Positions 35,220 to 51,100 are shown, counted from the stretch's first letter. The stretch: DNA of 64,000 bases from the human T2T-CHM13v2.0 reference genome, Homo sapiens (GCF_009914755.1 NC_060940.1), one strand, 5' to 3'. A program made the numbers and translations. The notes: generated by a model not told the origin, from the letters alone.

Positions 35220-37703
35220 CCCTTTTGGAACTCTCCAAGACCATCTCCGAATCTAGGTAAATAGTCTTAAAATTTCGGGGGAGCTAGGTTTGGAAACAAA
35301 AATGGTTTTTGGAGACAGGAAAAGAGATGGTCTGAAACTGGACTCACTTCAGTTTGGAAAGGAATAGCCTAGGTGCCAAGACCAGACCCAGGAAGGGGTG
35401 AGCATTTCAAGCCCAGTTATGGTCTAAGTCTAAGGCATGAAGAGAGGTAAAAGTCTAGGTGCTGGAAAAGCAAGCTGTGTGCTTCAAAGGAAGAATGCCT
35501 GTGTCAAAGCTGCAGTTACAAAACCCCAGGACAAGGCAGGCAGGCGGTGTCTGCACCTACATCACCGTCAGAGAGACAGGCAGAGGTCAATCACCTGACT
35601 ATTCTCCTCCAGGTACTTTTATTACCTTTGGGGGACCCAAGGGAAAGGAATGGAGTTACCGCTTCACCAAGACCCTCCAGTAGGCACCTCTTGCCTGGTC
35701 CAGACAGGCAACTTAAAAAAAAAAAGGGAGGGCTGAGGAGTGGGGTGGGGTGATAAAGGAGATTGGAGGGGGAGCAGGAAAGACACGCAGTGGCACATCT
35801 CCCTGATGATAACCAATGCTTCAGGATTGCCTATAAGGGCATATTAGAAGGCTTTTGATAATCTCAAACACTGAGTTTTGCTGCCTGACATATCAATACA
35901 GGTTTAGCCAAAGAGCTCACATCTTGCTTTTGATTTTCAGGTAGAACAAATGTTTACATTAGTATACAGAATGTGCAATGCAAGCAGGCAGCATTGGTAT
36001 GAGAACCTTAACTGAATGCATTCCTTGGCTTTGGGATCTTATTTATTTTTTACTCTATAAACTCAACTCTATAATAAGAGAAGAGTTTCATTTGTATTTT
36101 AAGTTCCCACAGACCAAACGACAAAAATAGAATCTACATTTAGAGTAGGATCTGCTACCAATACCAATAAGATTTTATTGGAATATGGAATGTAAACAAA
36201 TGTTTCAAACAAACATCTAACCTTATAAAAATGTATGGCATTATTAAATAGTTAATAAAGAAATCTTAAAGGGTGATGTGGTAGACACCTCTAGTTCTAG
36301 CCTAGGTGTGTGAAGTCCCCACAGCTGTGGCATGGCCCTGCAGCTGGGGTGAGGGGACTGCCTACAAACCATGTTGCTCCTGAGTCCCCAAAATGAAATC
36401 AGCCCTATTTTTGTTTAAACAAACTCTAGCTTTCTCTGCTAACATGAAGGTTTGCAAAATGGATCCAACACTTGCTCCGGGAGCACCATTTTCTTCCCCA
36501 AGCCCCTTGTATATTCCTCTGAGTTGCTTGAGTTTCAGATGACCCTGCCCACACAACTCTAGTACCTGCATGCAAGACAGACTTATCTTTGCCATCACAT
36601 AAATGTATCACATATCAGAACTTACAAATGCATATTACCCTGATTACAGTGGGAAACTGTGTCTCATGGGGATAAAAGGAGGTGGGAGAGAGATATTTTT
36701 TTCCATAAGTCTTTCCTGAAAAAATTCTAATGGGATGTTTTCCTCCCTCGCCTTGCCTGAAGACTGACTTTCCAGCTTTAGTTATGGTTGTGAACAAAAA
36801 GGTCTCTGTTTCAGAGAGGTGCATTAAAATAGGCGCACACATAGGGATGTGCTGGGAAATGGTGAAGTTCTCCTTACAAGGCTGCCAAAAAAAAAAAAAA
36901 AAAAAAAAAAGAAAAAGCAACAAAAAAATAGCAACAAGATTTTATGGTTAGGGAAATCAACAAAGGTTATAGTGAGCTCCAAGTTATGCACTTAGCATGG
37001 AACTTTTGATGATAACCATGGACCAGTTCATGGCATTGCAAGGTTTCGTGATCCCTCCTGACATCAAAGAGGACTCTTGTGAAAGTGACTGCAGTTTGCT
37101 CCCAAATGAATCCACTTGGAGGAAAACTGCGGGGATGAGGTACATTTCCTGGAGAGCTCATGTCATTAAAAAATACATAAAACGTGGATTTGTAAAGAGC
37201 TTAAAAAAAAAATACTGTCACTGTTTTAATATCTCCTTTTTGTAAATGAGGCTGGTGTGTCAGTATAGACTGCTGACATTTCGCTAAGACTTGAGCCTGA
37301 ATTTCACCAAAGGAAACCCAGACCACAATGGAATAGATAGGAAGTCAGACATTCAGAGCTTGTTGACTGAATGGGTTAATTCAACAGTGGTGCCCTGTTA
37401 AACAAAGGTAAATGTACAACAACTCCGAGTCTCTATCTCCCATGCATTCCAAAGGCAGAGCTCCTTCAGATCCTGAACTAGGTGCATCCCCATGCTGCCA
37501 CAGTGACAGCTCCCTGGAGACTAGCACTGGGGAGTTTCTTTCTTGCTTTTTGACAGACTTTTAGGTCTTTACTCTTCTGTGCATTTAGAAGGAATGATAA
37601 GAATTTCTTTTTATCACACTGTAGTTTTCCTTCAAGGTTTGTGTTTGGTTGGTTGGTTTTATTGGCAAGCATCAATGCCGCATTACCCGTCGCTTTCCAG
37701 TCT

Positions 37704-37802
<99 letters not shown>

Positions 37803-39163
37803 TCAGGCAATCAGGGTGGTGAGTGCTGAGAGAAGCCCATGGCAAACCCACCCTTTCAACGGAAAGAGAGACAGACTGATGGGCAAGCCAGGGTCAGGGG
37901 GGCAACAGGAGAGACGGAAATCACGGAATTCCAGCCATATAAAAACCAAACACTGAAAAATGATCAGGGAAATTGTTATTGCAGTCAACTCTTACCCTTC
38001 CTCGGAGTACAGACTCAATGCTAAGAGGCATAGAAACTCTAATTTCCCACTGTTCAAATTTCTACATTTATTTTCTTTCAATATTAATATCATCTCTAAC
38101 CCCTAATTTCTTCAAAGCATGTAGAATAACAAGCACTTCAAAGGAAAGGTGAGTAAAAAGAGCCATCAGAAGACCTATCCATTTTAAGCAACCGTAGTTT
38201 GAAATTTTTTAAATTGAAGTATGACATATATTCAGAAAAGCAGAAAGATCATTAATGACATGTCATAAACATCAGTATTCCTAATTTGATCTAACTCGGG
38301 TAAAAACAGCTTTCTGTGCCAGACACTGGGGCGGGGACATCTGAGTTTCCTGGGGCTGAGGTCTAGAAGGCTGAAGGCTTTTCCATTTGCGGTCTCCCTT
38401 ATGCATATGGGCCACAGGCTCAAGACTACAGCGACACATTCTTCAGGCAAGAATTTAGTTCATCTCCAGAGGAAATCAAAGGAGAGGGAAAGACAGCATG
38501 TTTGTTAAGCCAGAGACAACGACTTTAAGGGGTGAACGTTTCCATCTTGATTCAGAAAGCGACTGAGGTAAGTCTCTCAACCTCCCTGCTCCCCAGGAAG
38601 GAGACTGATAATAGGAGGAAGTTTATTTGAAACACACGTTATCAGAGGAAAGAACCATACACATGCAGAAGAATAAGCAAACACGCAAAGTGAATCCACA
38701 CACACTTCTAAGTGAGCAGTTCAGTCAAGATTTCAGTGAGGCCTCTCCACACTTACTTCCCTTTCCTCAAATTCCTTTCGTCCATCCATCTGTTCATCTC
38801 CTTCTTTCAAAACATACAATAGTTATCTTACTACTTTTAACTAATTACTAGTTTTCTGAGGGGAGAAATAATCTTCAATTAGGTTTCCACACAAATATAT
38901 GTATGTTTAAAAAGAAATTTTAGAAACTTGCGATCTATTAACTCAGGGTAACAGGGAGTAGTCAAACAGCTTGAACTCCGGGGAGATACATTCAGTGAAT
39001 AAGCAAACACCTTTGGTGATCAAGAAACGGATCTGCAAAGTTGTCTCAATCATCTACGATAAATGAGGCCAAATTCTAGGAATAATCCAATCCAAATACC
39101 CTAGAATTCTCCTGACTGGTCTCAAAGACAAAGAGTGGAAGATTTGTTCTCTTGACTGAATTA

Positions 39164-39361
<198 letters not shown>

Positions 39362-40215
39362 TTAGTAACCAGAGACTAAATTCAACAAGAATCCTTATCT
39401 ACTAGGGCTAAAGCCAACAAAATCTCAGAATAATGTACTGATTACAAGCTTGTTAAATCTCTAACTGGTGCCTGCCCTACTGCCCCATAGTTACAGCATA
39501 GCATCCTGAAACACAATGGTGCTCTGTGATTAGAAAAATACAACTAGGTAAAACTTCTATATCTCATTTAGAATATGTGGAACCTTTCTAGATTATTTTT
39601 TATGCTGTAGACTTTTAGTCAATTCTGGGTGGCATGCAGAAGAGTGGGCAATTTTTATTGGTCAGCAGATATATTTCCCAGGGCTAGCCTCAGAAACAGG
39701 GAGGTTCCATAAAATACTGTTTGAAAACTGTTAACAAAATGTTTACTTCTCAACATTATTGCAATGTACCTGAAAACTCAATGTGCTTTAAAATTTGCTA
39801 TTGTATAGAAAATCCATTACAGAGAACAAGAAGAAATTGTAAGTCCACCTTGAAGAGATATGAAGTAAATAAAATAAAATATAATAAAAAACAAACTAAG
39901 TCTCTTATTCAAAGAATCATTGCTCTCCAAGTTTGGCCATTAAAAATAAGCTTTTGCTGTACCAGAAAACTTTTTTCTATAACATTATGATTTTTGTTTT
40001 ACCTTTTCTATTAATAGGTTATCTCTCAGAGAAGTAAAATGATTAAAAGACATAAAGTCCAAATATCTCAATAAGTTAAAAGAAAATATGCATAGGAAAA
40101 AAGAGGGCTACTTCCATTTTACTATAATCAGAATGGGAAAAGAAAGTGATTTTGGCTAACCTTTCCACTTCTGAAACGGGGTAAGGTAAAGCACTCTCTC
40201 TCTCTCTCTTACTTA

Positions 40216-40413
<198 letters not shown>

Positions 40414-40839
40414 CTAAACCTCTAGGAACGAGATACAAACCCAGGTCCAGGGCAGGCAGACAGACCCAAGGACAAGAAGTTCACATGAATGCAAATTTCC
40501 AAACGGCCTTTAAAATAATACAACTTACGATAATAATCTTCTAGAGGTGGACCAGTACAGGGCATCACAATCTAATGACTAAAATCTAGTTTTATTAGAC
40601 AAGGAGGTGCCTGACTTCTTCACAGATTCACTTTGGAAGTTTGGCATAGATGGCATTATCTGCCTCTACTTCTGCGGACCTGGTAAACACAAAATTCTGT
40701 GCGATCTTTATCTTGAAGAAAAGCTCATATGCAGACACTGAGTGATACTTAGTGGCTCAAGGATAGTATTCTTATCTAAGGATGCTATTTTTTTGGCATT
40801 CACCCCCAAATAAATAAGAACCAGAAAGCATTTGCTCAC

Positions 40840-40941
40840 CTGGTCATAGTTGTCCTGTCCATGGAAGAATGGTTCCCTTCGAAAGATCATGCTTGCTAAC
40901 ATACAGCCCAAACTCCACATGTCCAAGCTATAATCATACAT
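40840..40941 (-). CDS. CSNK2A2: CSNK2A2 exon 8 (res 209-242)
   Basis: cctcag|ATG...CAG|gtgagc; 102 nt = [34 protein letters not shown]. Confidence 0.98.
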
Positions 40942-41012
40942 CTGAGGCAATAAGGACAACGCATTAGCCAAGGGTATTAGAAATCCATTTTTCTGATATA
41001 AATTTCTTTTTT

Positions 41013-41052
41013 AGACGAGATTGGGCGTGTTCAGGGTGGTATGGCCATAGAT
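41013..41052 (-). pseudogene. 5S rRNA 5' fragment (nt 1-40) retropseudogene in CSNK2A2 intron 7
   Basis: Minus strand ATCTATGGCCATACCACCCTGAACACGCCCAATCTCGTCT versus human 5S GTCTACGGCCATACCACCCTGAACGCGCCCGATCTCGTCT: 36/40 identical, with 3 of the 4 differences being CpG transitions. Flanked by near-direct repeats aatttcttt / aatttattt. Confidence 0.9.
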
Positions 41053-41119
41053 AATTTATTTAAAAAAAATTTTTTTTAACTTCCTGGCTCCTAGAAATGA
41101 TCTGAATTTCTAGTCTTCA

Positions 41120-41428
<309 letters not shown>

Positions 41429-42209
41429 CTACAAATAGGACAGAAAAAAACATGTGAAAGGAGTGTTTCTAGACGCCTATGCCTTAGAACAAGGCCACAT
41501 CACATTAGGTAACAATCATTTGGCCACACAAAAAATGTGAGCAGGTGCACTGGCTTAAAAATTACATTTTCAGCAATCGTGCAAGAGGTCATTTTTAGAG
41601 CAGAACACTTGAAATGCTTTTTGAAAAAATTTTAAATTATCCTGGTTCATCCCTCTCTCTAGATCAACAGAGCTCAACCTTTTTTTCTGCCCACATTCAG
41701 AAACTGTAGGCAGTTACACTTGGTAACACATTCTCCCATCATTCATAGCTTTTCGTTATAAGCTCCAGGCGTCAGTGAAAGGGCTGGGGACACACATCCC
41801 ACTCCAGGACTGAAGCATTGCTCTAATGATTTATTCGTCTAATACTAGATGATCCATTTACTCACTGATTAGGGCCAACAGAGTTGGATATCAAAAATAG
41901 GAGGGACCCAAGTGTTCTTTTAAGGCCAGGCAGATTGGTCTGCGGGTCATCAAGAAATGAAGCAGAAACCACCAGCTGTAATTTCTTTCTGAGGCCCTCC
42001 AGAAAACTATGACCAAAATAAACAAGTGACTATAGTTAGTTACTATAGTTAAACCGTCTACTTTCCTTGTGTACTACACTATACAAAGTAGAAATCAACA
42101 ATGGAGATGGGAGAAATCACAGTAACGAAAGTTTGCCAAAAAACCCACCACGGGTCTACAGAAACCATCATGGCACTGGACAGCTTTTTGGTCTGCTCTA
42201 AGCCTTTTA

Positions 42210-42326
<117 letters not shown>

Positions 42327-42419
42327 CTATTAGGTAAGAAAGCACAGATAATAGTAAGCAACCCCTCTACCATCCCCCAACGCAAGCATAGTCTTATTGT
42401 TTGTGACACCTTGACTTGA

Positions 42420-42764
<345 letters not shown>

Positions 42765-42963
42765 TAGCCAGGATGGTTTCAATCTCCTGACCTCGTGATC
42801 CGCCAGCCTCGGCCTCCCAAGGTACTGGGATTACAGGTGTGAGCCACTGTGCCCAGCCGAGGAAGATTTCTTTAAAAGAGGGGGTGATGAGGCCAGGCAC
42901 AGTGACTCATGCCTGTAATCCTAGCACTTTGGGAGGCCGAGGCAGGTGGATCACTTGAGGTCA

Positions 42964-43203
<240 letters not shown>

Positions 43204-43476
43204 TCACTGGAGTCACCTCTCATAATGGTTCAAAGGACAGACCAGCATCTATGTGGACATGAAGAATGACATTCAAATACATCTTTCAGTATGGCTTATT
43301 TTGTACATAAGGGTCCCACGTGGGTTTTCTAGATGACCAAGTATTAGTATTTTCCTTAATATAATCCCTGAGCCAGCTAGCCTTTAAGACTTATCATTAT
43401 AAGGCCAGGCATGGTGCTCATGCCTGTAATCCCAGAACTTTCGGAGGCAGGCAGATCACTTCAGGTCAGGAGTTCA

Positions 43477-43698
<222 letters not shown>

Positions 43699-44634
43699 TT
43701 ATTCCAAGGGAGAAAATTGCTTTGTTTAAGATGATTGATATGCAGATAAGATTTTATGTATATAATGGTTTTTCACAAATTTAAAAAGCTGTGCAACCAT
43801 TACCACAATCCAGTTTTAGAACATCTCCATCACTCCTAAAATTTTTCTTGAGCTTGTCTGTAGTCAATCCCCTTTCCTAACTTCTCCCAACCCCTCCGTG
43901 CCCTGCCCACAACCACTGACCTGCTATTTGCTGGTATAGATTTGCCTTTTCTGTACATTCATAATATGAAATCATACATGTATAGTGCTTTGTCTACCTT
44001 CTTTCCTTCAGTATACTGTTTCTGAGATTCATCCAAGTTGTTTTTCCTTGCTGAGTAGTATTCCACTACTAGCTGATGGACATTTGGGTTGTTTCCACTC
44101 ATGCTTTCATTTCCCTTGGGTAGATTCCTAGGGGTGGAAGTGCTGGGTTGTATGCTAAATTTGTGTTTAAACTTTTAAGAAACTGCCTAATTATCTTCCA
44201 AAGTGGCTGCGTCACTTTTACTCCCACCAGCAACCTGAGGGTTCAAGTTTCTCCACATTCTCATCAACACCTGTCATTGTTCAACTTTTTGATTATAGCT
44301 TTGCTGGTGGGTGTAAAGTGGTATCTCCATGTGGTTTTGATTTTTATTTCCATAATGAGTGATGAAGTGGAACTTCTTTTTATGTGTCTACCGGCCATTC
44401 TAAATCTTCTTTGGAGAAATGCTGATTCAAATCTTTCAATCATTTATTAGATTGTTAAGCTCCATTTTTTTAATGTAAAAATTTGCTTCTAAATCTCCCT
44501 TGCCTAACATAATAACTATCTTCATAAACTTCAAATTCAGGACCTTTGGCTAATCTTAACAAGCACCTGAATCCTACACAAGGTCAATGAAATACTCTTC
44601 AAGTAGAATCCCTGTCCTCTACCTACCACTAGAG

Positions 44635-44730
44635 CCCCCCTCCAGTTTTAACAACCAAAAATGGTTCCAGATTTTGCCCAATGTCCCCTGGGGGACAAGC
44701 TTGACCTGGATAAGAAGCAATAAACTAGAC
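44635..44730 (+). mobile_element. MER20 3' fragment
   Basis: acaaccaaaaatggttccagattttgcccaatgtcccctggggg resembles the MER20 terminal block. Confidence 0.65.
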
Positions 44731-44945
44731 TCTTGAGGACACTTGAATGGACTTCTTCATGCTGGAGGAGTACACAAGGCAGAGAATGAGCCCTAGGATT
44801 AGCATTCCAGGAATAAGCTCCCTCGATCTGTGCTTTTCCCTGAACCAAGAGTATACAATATAGAATGCTTGTTATGGCCAGGCGTGGTGGCTCACGCCTG
44901 TAATCCCAGCAGTTTGGGGGCCAAGGCGGGCAGATCACGAGGTCA

Positions 44946-45172
<227 letters not shown>

Positions 45173-45285
45173 TCAAGAACAGGCACTACTAACTATGGGG
45201 ATACATATAAAGATATAATCTTCAGAGGAGACACTGAACAGAAGAACACAAGAGAGCCCTGCAGGATGTTCACAATATCCTCTAC

Positions 45286-45591
45286 CAGCCCTGTCCAATA
45301 GGACCTTCTGCAATGATGGAAATATTCTATTCCTGCACTCTATAATACGGTAGCCACTAGCCACATGAGGCCACTGAGCACCTGAAATGTGCCTAGTGTG
45401 ATTAGGGAACTAAATTTTATTTTATTATTTTATTTTTTTGTACAGGGCCTTGCTCTGTTGCCCAGGCTAGAGTGCAGTGGCATGATCTCAGCTCACTGCA
45501 ACCTCTGCCTCACAGGCTCAAGTGGATCCTCCCACCTCCACCTCCTGAGTAGCTGGAACCATAGGCATGTACCACTACACCTGGAGCATGC

Positions 45592-45624
<33 letters not shown>

Positions 45625-45825
45625 TTTTGGTAGCTATGGGGCTTTGCCATGTTGCCCAGGCTGGTCTTGAACTCCTGAGCTCAAGCAATCAACCTGCCTT
45701 GGCCTCCCGAAGCATTGGGATTTATAGGCGTGAGCCACCGAGTCTGGCCAGCAACTAAATTTTGAATTTTACTTAATTTAAATAGCTACCTATGGGCAGT
45801 GGTTACTAACTATACTGGATATCAT
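45286..45825. mobile_element. MER3-like hAT-Charlie element split by an AluJ (~45420-45750)
   Basis: ctgtccaatagga...tgatggaaatattcta...gtagccactagccacatg. The Alu is flanked by duplicated aactaaatttt. Confidence 0.75.
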
Positions 45826-47319
45826 CGTCCTGTGTAAATCTGGGTGAGAGTTTTACATACACAAACATCCAAAAGACTGTACGTTTAAGATTTATTTACT
45901 TCACTTACATTCTACTTCAATTTTTTCCCTCTGTTTTATAATAACTGTAGCAAGATTCCAAAGTGCCTTTGTGGCAGTGCTTTATGAAACCAGGGGTTGT
46001 GAGGGCAGACCTCCTTGAATCTGAATCAGGAGATCAGGTTAAGTCACCGAGTCATCACACTGCAGCCCTCAGCCTCAGTTGCTTCTACATTTTCAAAGGA
46101 GTTAAATATTTAGTCTTCCCCACTCCTGTTTTTTCTTTTCAAAGAGAAAATTTACCAAGTGTTGATTCTGCTATATTGCCTACTCTTTGTCCAAAGGAAT
46201 AAACTAATTAAGACCACAATACCTGGCATGTGAAAAATACTCAATGAAAGCAAAGGCTGAACAAATACAGTAAGGTAATTAATTCTTTTGCCAAGTTTCC
46301 TAGTCGGACTCCCTATGGAGTTACTGACATGCTTTGAAATTCTTTGGGGAATTATTTCAGTTTTAAAATCTCGTACAGTTTCTGACCATTAAGCATGAAT
46401 GACGTTTTTCAAGTTTCATCTGGGATTCTACGTCTCATTAGCAAAAATAAGTATATGTCCTCACTGCCTAGCTGCTACCTCCAGAAAGCAGAAAGGACAT
46501 CAGACATTGAGTGACACCCACATGTCCACCTGGGAAGACCTGCATTAGTTGGATGTCTTTATGGGACCTAAGGGCAGGCTAGCTTATACAACTTTAGCTT
46601 TGGCTGATGGTTAAATAACACAAAATCTCAAACCATCTTACTTAAAAATAACCAACTGTGAGATCTGAATTGTAGCTCTCATGGGGTGAGAGTGCATGGG
46701 ATTACTCAGGAAGCACTTCCAGGAAAGGAGCTAGCCTGACAGTTCACAGGATCATGGCACTGCAAATTTTATCCACACCAATGCTTCAATTTTAGTCTAG
46801 AGAAGACATGGAGAAACGTGGGATAAATCAAGCTCGACCTTTTTCGTGTTTCTGATCTTACTGACAAAAAGGAAGACCCATTAGCCATAAGAGTGAACCT
46901 TAAATCCACCACCTCAGCTTTCTCTAATAAAAAGTGGTGCGTACAAGTTCTTATAAAAACACATTCATTTCATAGAACTGTTCTTAAGATCTACAACTAC
47001 CCTAAAACTTTTCACAAGACTGCATATTAATACATGCATTTTTGGAGGCAGTTCATAGTTTTCATTAGGTTCTTAGTGATCCAGGACACAAAAATCTAGG
47101 ACCCATGGGTGTATTCCATTTTACAAACTGAGCATTCCTTTAAGTGCTTATCTAGACAAACAAAATGATCATTCCTCCACCAACCAGTAATTCTTCAAAT
47201 TTCATTGTGCTTGGGATTAGTAAGTCTCTTAGACATTCTACCCATCACTTTTCCCTGCATTAACGAGCCACGGCTACAGGGGTAGGTTAGGAAGACTCAT
47301 GCAAGAAGGGGATGACGAC

Positions 47320-47800
47320 ACATGGCAAGGAAAGATGGCTGCAAATGCCTGCCACCCCTGTAGGCATGTCTCTCTATAATATGCCTACATATTCAATGCT
47401 TTTCCCATCAAGAGTGGAGTCGGTTTTTCCATGCTTTGAAGCTAGGCTTGGCCATGTGATTTGCTTTGGCCAATAGGGTTATTAGCAAATATGACACAGG
47501 TAGAGGGTTGAAAAGTGCCTATACATTGAGGTTTCCCTCTCTCTGCTGCTAGGAACCCCAGGAGGACCACCATGGGAAGCAGCATGAACTTCACAGGCTG
47601 GAGGATGAGACCTCAGCTATCCCTGCTGCCCCAGCTGTGGTCCTAGATTGTGAATGAGGTCATCCTGGACCATCCTGCCCCAGTCAAATCAACTGAGACC
47701 TAAAGAATCACCTGGCTAACTCAATTATAAGAAACAATAATCATTTTTTAAAAGTCATTAAGTTTGGGATGATTTGTTACATTCACAGTAGGTATTAATA
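47320..47800 (+). mobile_element. Old MLT1 (H/I/J-like) MaLR LTR in CSNK2A2 intron 5
   Basis: ggccatgtgatttgctttggccaat and the 3' block ttttaaaagtcattaagtttgggatgatttgttac. Confidence 0.65.
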
Positions 47801-48032
47801 AAGCAGCAAAGAGAAAACATATGGACCAACAAGAGCTATGGGAGGTTCTAAGGTATAATGTCCCTGGTACCCCTTGACTTGGCCACTTTTTTCCCAGTTC
47901 CACTGGAAAGTTTCTATGTGAAGATTCCTCGATGGAGGCCTCAATATAAGTTTAAAAACTTCACTAAATCCTCTGGGTATCAAGAAACATTCTGCTTAAG
48001 TTCTCTTTGTTCTCTCAAAAACTTATCTTTTA

Positions 48033-48164
<132 letters not shown>

Positions 48165-51100
48165 TTAATTTAGTCTCACTGCATCTTGTCATCCTAAGTG
48201 CAGGCCATTCTCTAAGCTTATTTGATACTTAAGTGACTAAGGAATCCCATGACTTTTTTACTACCTGATCTGAAATAAATGGGAAGACTAAAGATGAAGG
48301 TTTTATATTTTAATCATCAGAAGAGAAGAAAAAAAAAAATGGAAGGAATTCCAAGGGAGAAAAACATTTAAGCCAACTCAGATCTTTCCTATTTAATGCT
48401 CTGTGATTTTGCCAATTACAATTATTAACCACAATTACACCATTGTGAAGTCTAAGTTGTCTGTCTTCACATTCTTACCGAACATCAAGAAAACTAACCC
48501 CACTGTAACACCACAGTATACTCTAGAGAAGTGAGTTCTGAGTGGATGGCAGAGCTCTGAAGAACTTCATGGGCTACTGTGGTAAAACAGTGGCGACACA
48601 GGCTGTTCTCAAAAAAGAAAAATAAGGAAAAAGGAGGTGCTATAGCATTTGCAGATGGCAAGAGCTTACAAAAAAATCTATACCCTCTGCTCCCCGGAAA
48701 CCAATTCCAGACTGGAAAAAAAGAACATTTCACAGGCAACACCTGACGTCTTAGGAGTGAAAAAAGACAGGGGTATCAAAAATGATCACTGGCCAAACTG
48801 ATAGGTAAATGGAAGTTTTCATTATTGGTAATCCAGAGACCCACTCGCTGGGAGTTTTTAAAAAATTTCTAAGAGTCAGAATACATTAATGCTACAAGCT
48901 TCATTAAAGGCATCATAAACCCTTGTCAGGAACTCTCATTATCTTTGATATCCAATCAAATCCATGTAAATCTGTTTTCCCATCAATCCAAGCCATGCTT
49001 TCTATAAAATTAAGAAACACACCTTTATTAAACTTCTCTTGTTCTTCTATTGAAAGAGAGACTCAAGCAATGTAGGGAATCTCTCCAGGGAACACAGAAC
49101 AGTGTATATAATGTGTCTCTGTAATAAGGGGGAAAATAAAAACTATACATCCATATTTTCTGTATCTGCAAAAATGATACAGAAGTAATAAAAACTGGTT
49201 TCACGTATATATGTGTAAAGGAATAGGCAGCTGGAATACAGGGGAATAAAAGAGACTTTTCACTGTCTACCATTTTATATTTTTGATCCACATATAATGT
49301 TCAAAAAAATTTAATAAAAAAATCAAATTTGCCAAGAACCAAATTTAACATTTTCTAAGAATACCAGGTCTTTGCTTTCTCAAGTTTCCCCCTTTAGGTA
49401 AGAGTAATTCCCCCTGCCAGCTTAGGAAAAATATTTGATTTCATCAACCTCAGGGCAGCGCAGGGAACGAAATGCACAGGCCAGTACATGGTGTTGTGGG
49501 GTTGGGTGGCTGGCCCTGGCTACAGCTGACCCCCATTCAGGCAGAACAACACCAACAAGCCACCACTTCTGCTCAGGAGAGCTTCAGCTACATAACACAC
49601 ACCCAAGCTTTTTGTTCTTCTCCCAGCTCTGCTGCAAGAAGGCTTCTTAGCCAGGACTTGGCTGCACACTGACAGCTTGAATGTAAAGACAGGCTTAAGA
49701 TGCCATCTCTTGGGTGTCAAAGCAGCTCCTCCTCTGTGAGTTAAGGAAATCACTCACAGAGACTAGGCTAAATTGAACTTCAAGTCAATAAATACGCTAT
49801 GAAAGAGAAAAGATCTAATTTTCTAACCCTTAGAGGGCTGGAATATTTTATTTCCAGAAAACTAACATGGGCTATCTCATTAGGACTTTTATCTGTGGAA
49901 GGCCTCCCTCATCATGTGGTACCTACACCATGCATCTGTATAAATGGTGTAAGCCATAAAAATAAATGTCTCTGGACTGCCAACACAGTATTTCTAGCTA
50001 CAAAAACCATTAACAATTTAATTCAAAGACACCAGTTGTACACTAGTGTTTAGGACTAAGATATTACAAAGTCCCAAGTGACTGGTTGCCATTCACCCTC
50101 ACTTCTCAGGATCTCCGGGTAGGAGGAGACCAAACTACATCTGTAACATTTAACCGCCTGGGCCCAAAATTCAAGACTATGCAGGGTCCACAGTCTGGCT
50201 TCCTCCGACTTTTGTAGCTCTGTTCTTCACTGTATCCCCAGGAGTCCACAGCTCTGACAAAACAAGCCCGTGTTTGCTGCCTCCACTCTTCCCTCTCTAG
50301 CCCTACTCCACCTTAGCCTGTAAAGCCAAAACCAACCTGTCTGCTTTCTACAGAGCTGACAATGATACCTCCCTTCTCTATCTCCATGCCACTGACTCTC
50401 CAATGTGGCTGTGCACAGGACACCATTAAGAACACAATGTCCCCAGAGTTAACATTCCTCACACAGGGACTGGTGGTAACCTCAGGTTCTCAAGGTGACT
50501 CCTCACTCTGCTGCGTGCTTTGTCCAGACCCCAAGAGTCTCATGCCAACATTCCCTGTGCTTCGTGGCATACACAACAGGGAGAAATGGGTACAGTGGCT
50601 GGTGGCAGAGTCATCAAATTTGGTGATAAAAGATCTCTGAACTCTCCCCACCACCCAAGTATGCCAAGGGCCCACTGAACAACTCACTCAGTACCACACC
50701 CATTTCCTACACTGAACTCCAACCACATATGAAGTCCTCACACAGCCGAAAAGCAAGTGCTTCATACACCAAACACCATGTATGGCAGCTCTGTCTTGCA
50801 TACATGTTTTTACAATGTTCACAGTCAATGGAACAAAACAGAAGCACTCTTCCAAGAAACAGAAGTACCAAGAGTCCATGACACATTAGAAAGAGAAACG
50901 TCACAAGAACTACACTTTCTCTCCCTTCTTCTTAGCCAGCTACAGGGAGAACATTATTAAACAATCCACTGCAAAATGCTGGCAGGAAGTCAGCTTTGGT
51001 TACATTTTCAAAAAATAAATGACTTAAAAGGTGGAAATTTCCTGGGCCTTTTAATTAGCTCCAAAAAGTCTGAGGAGGGCCTCCATGGTGTAAAACCACA

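Noticed and set aside
34996-35260. ORFs with (TDTH)n / (VCVS)n repeats
   Set aside because: By-product of the 12-nt GA(CA)5 microsatellite.
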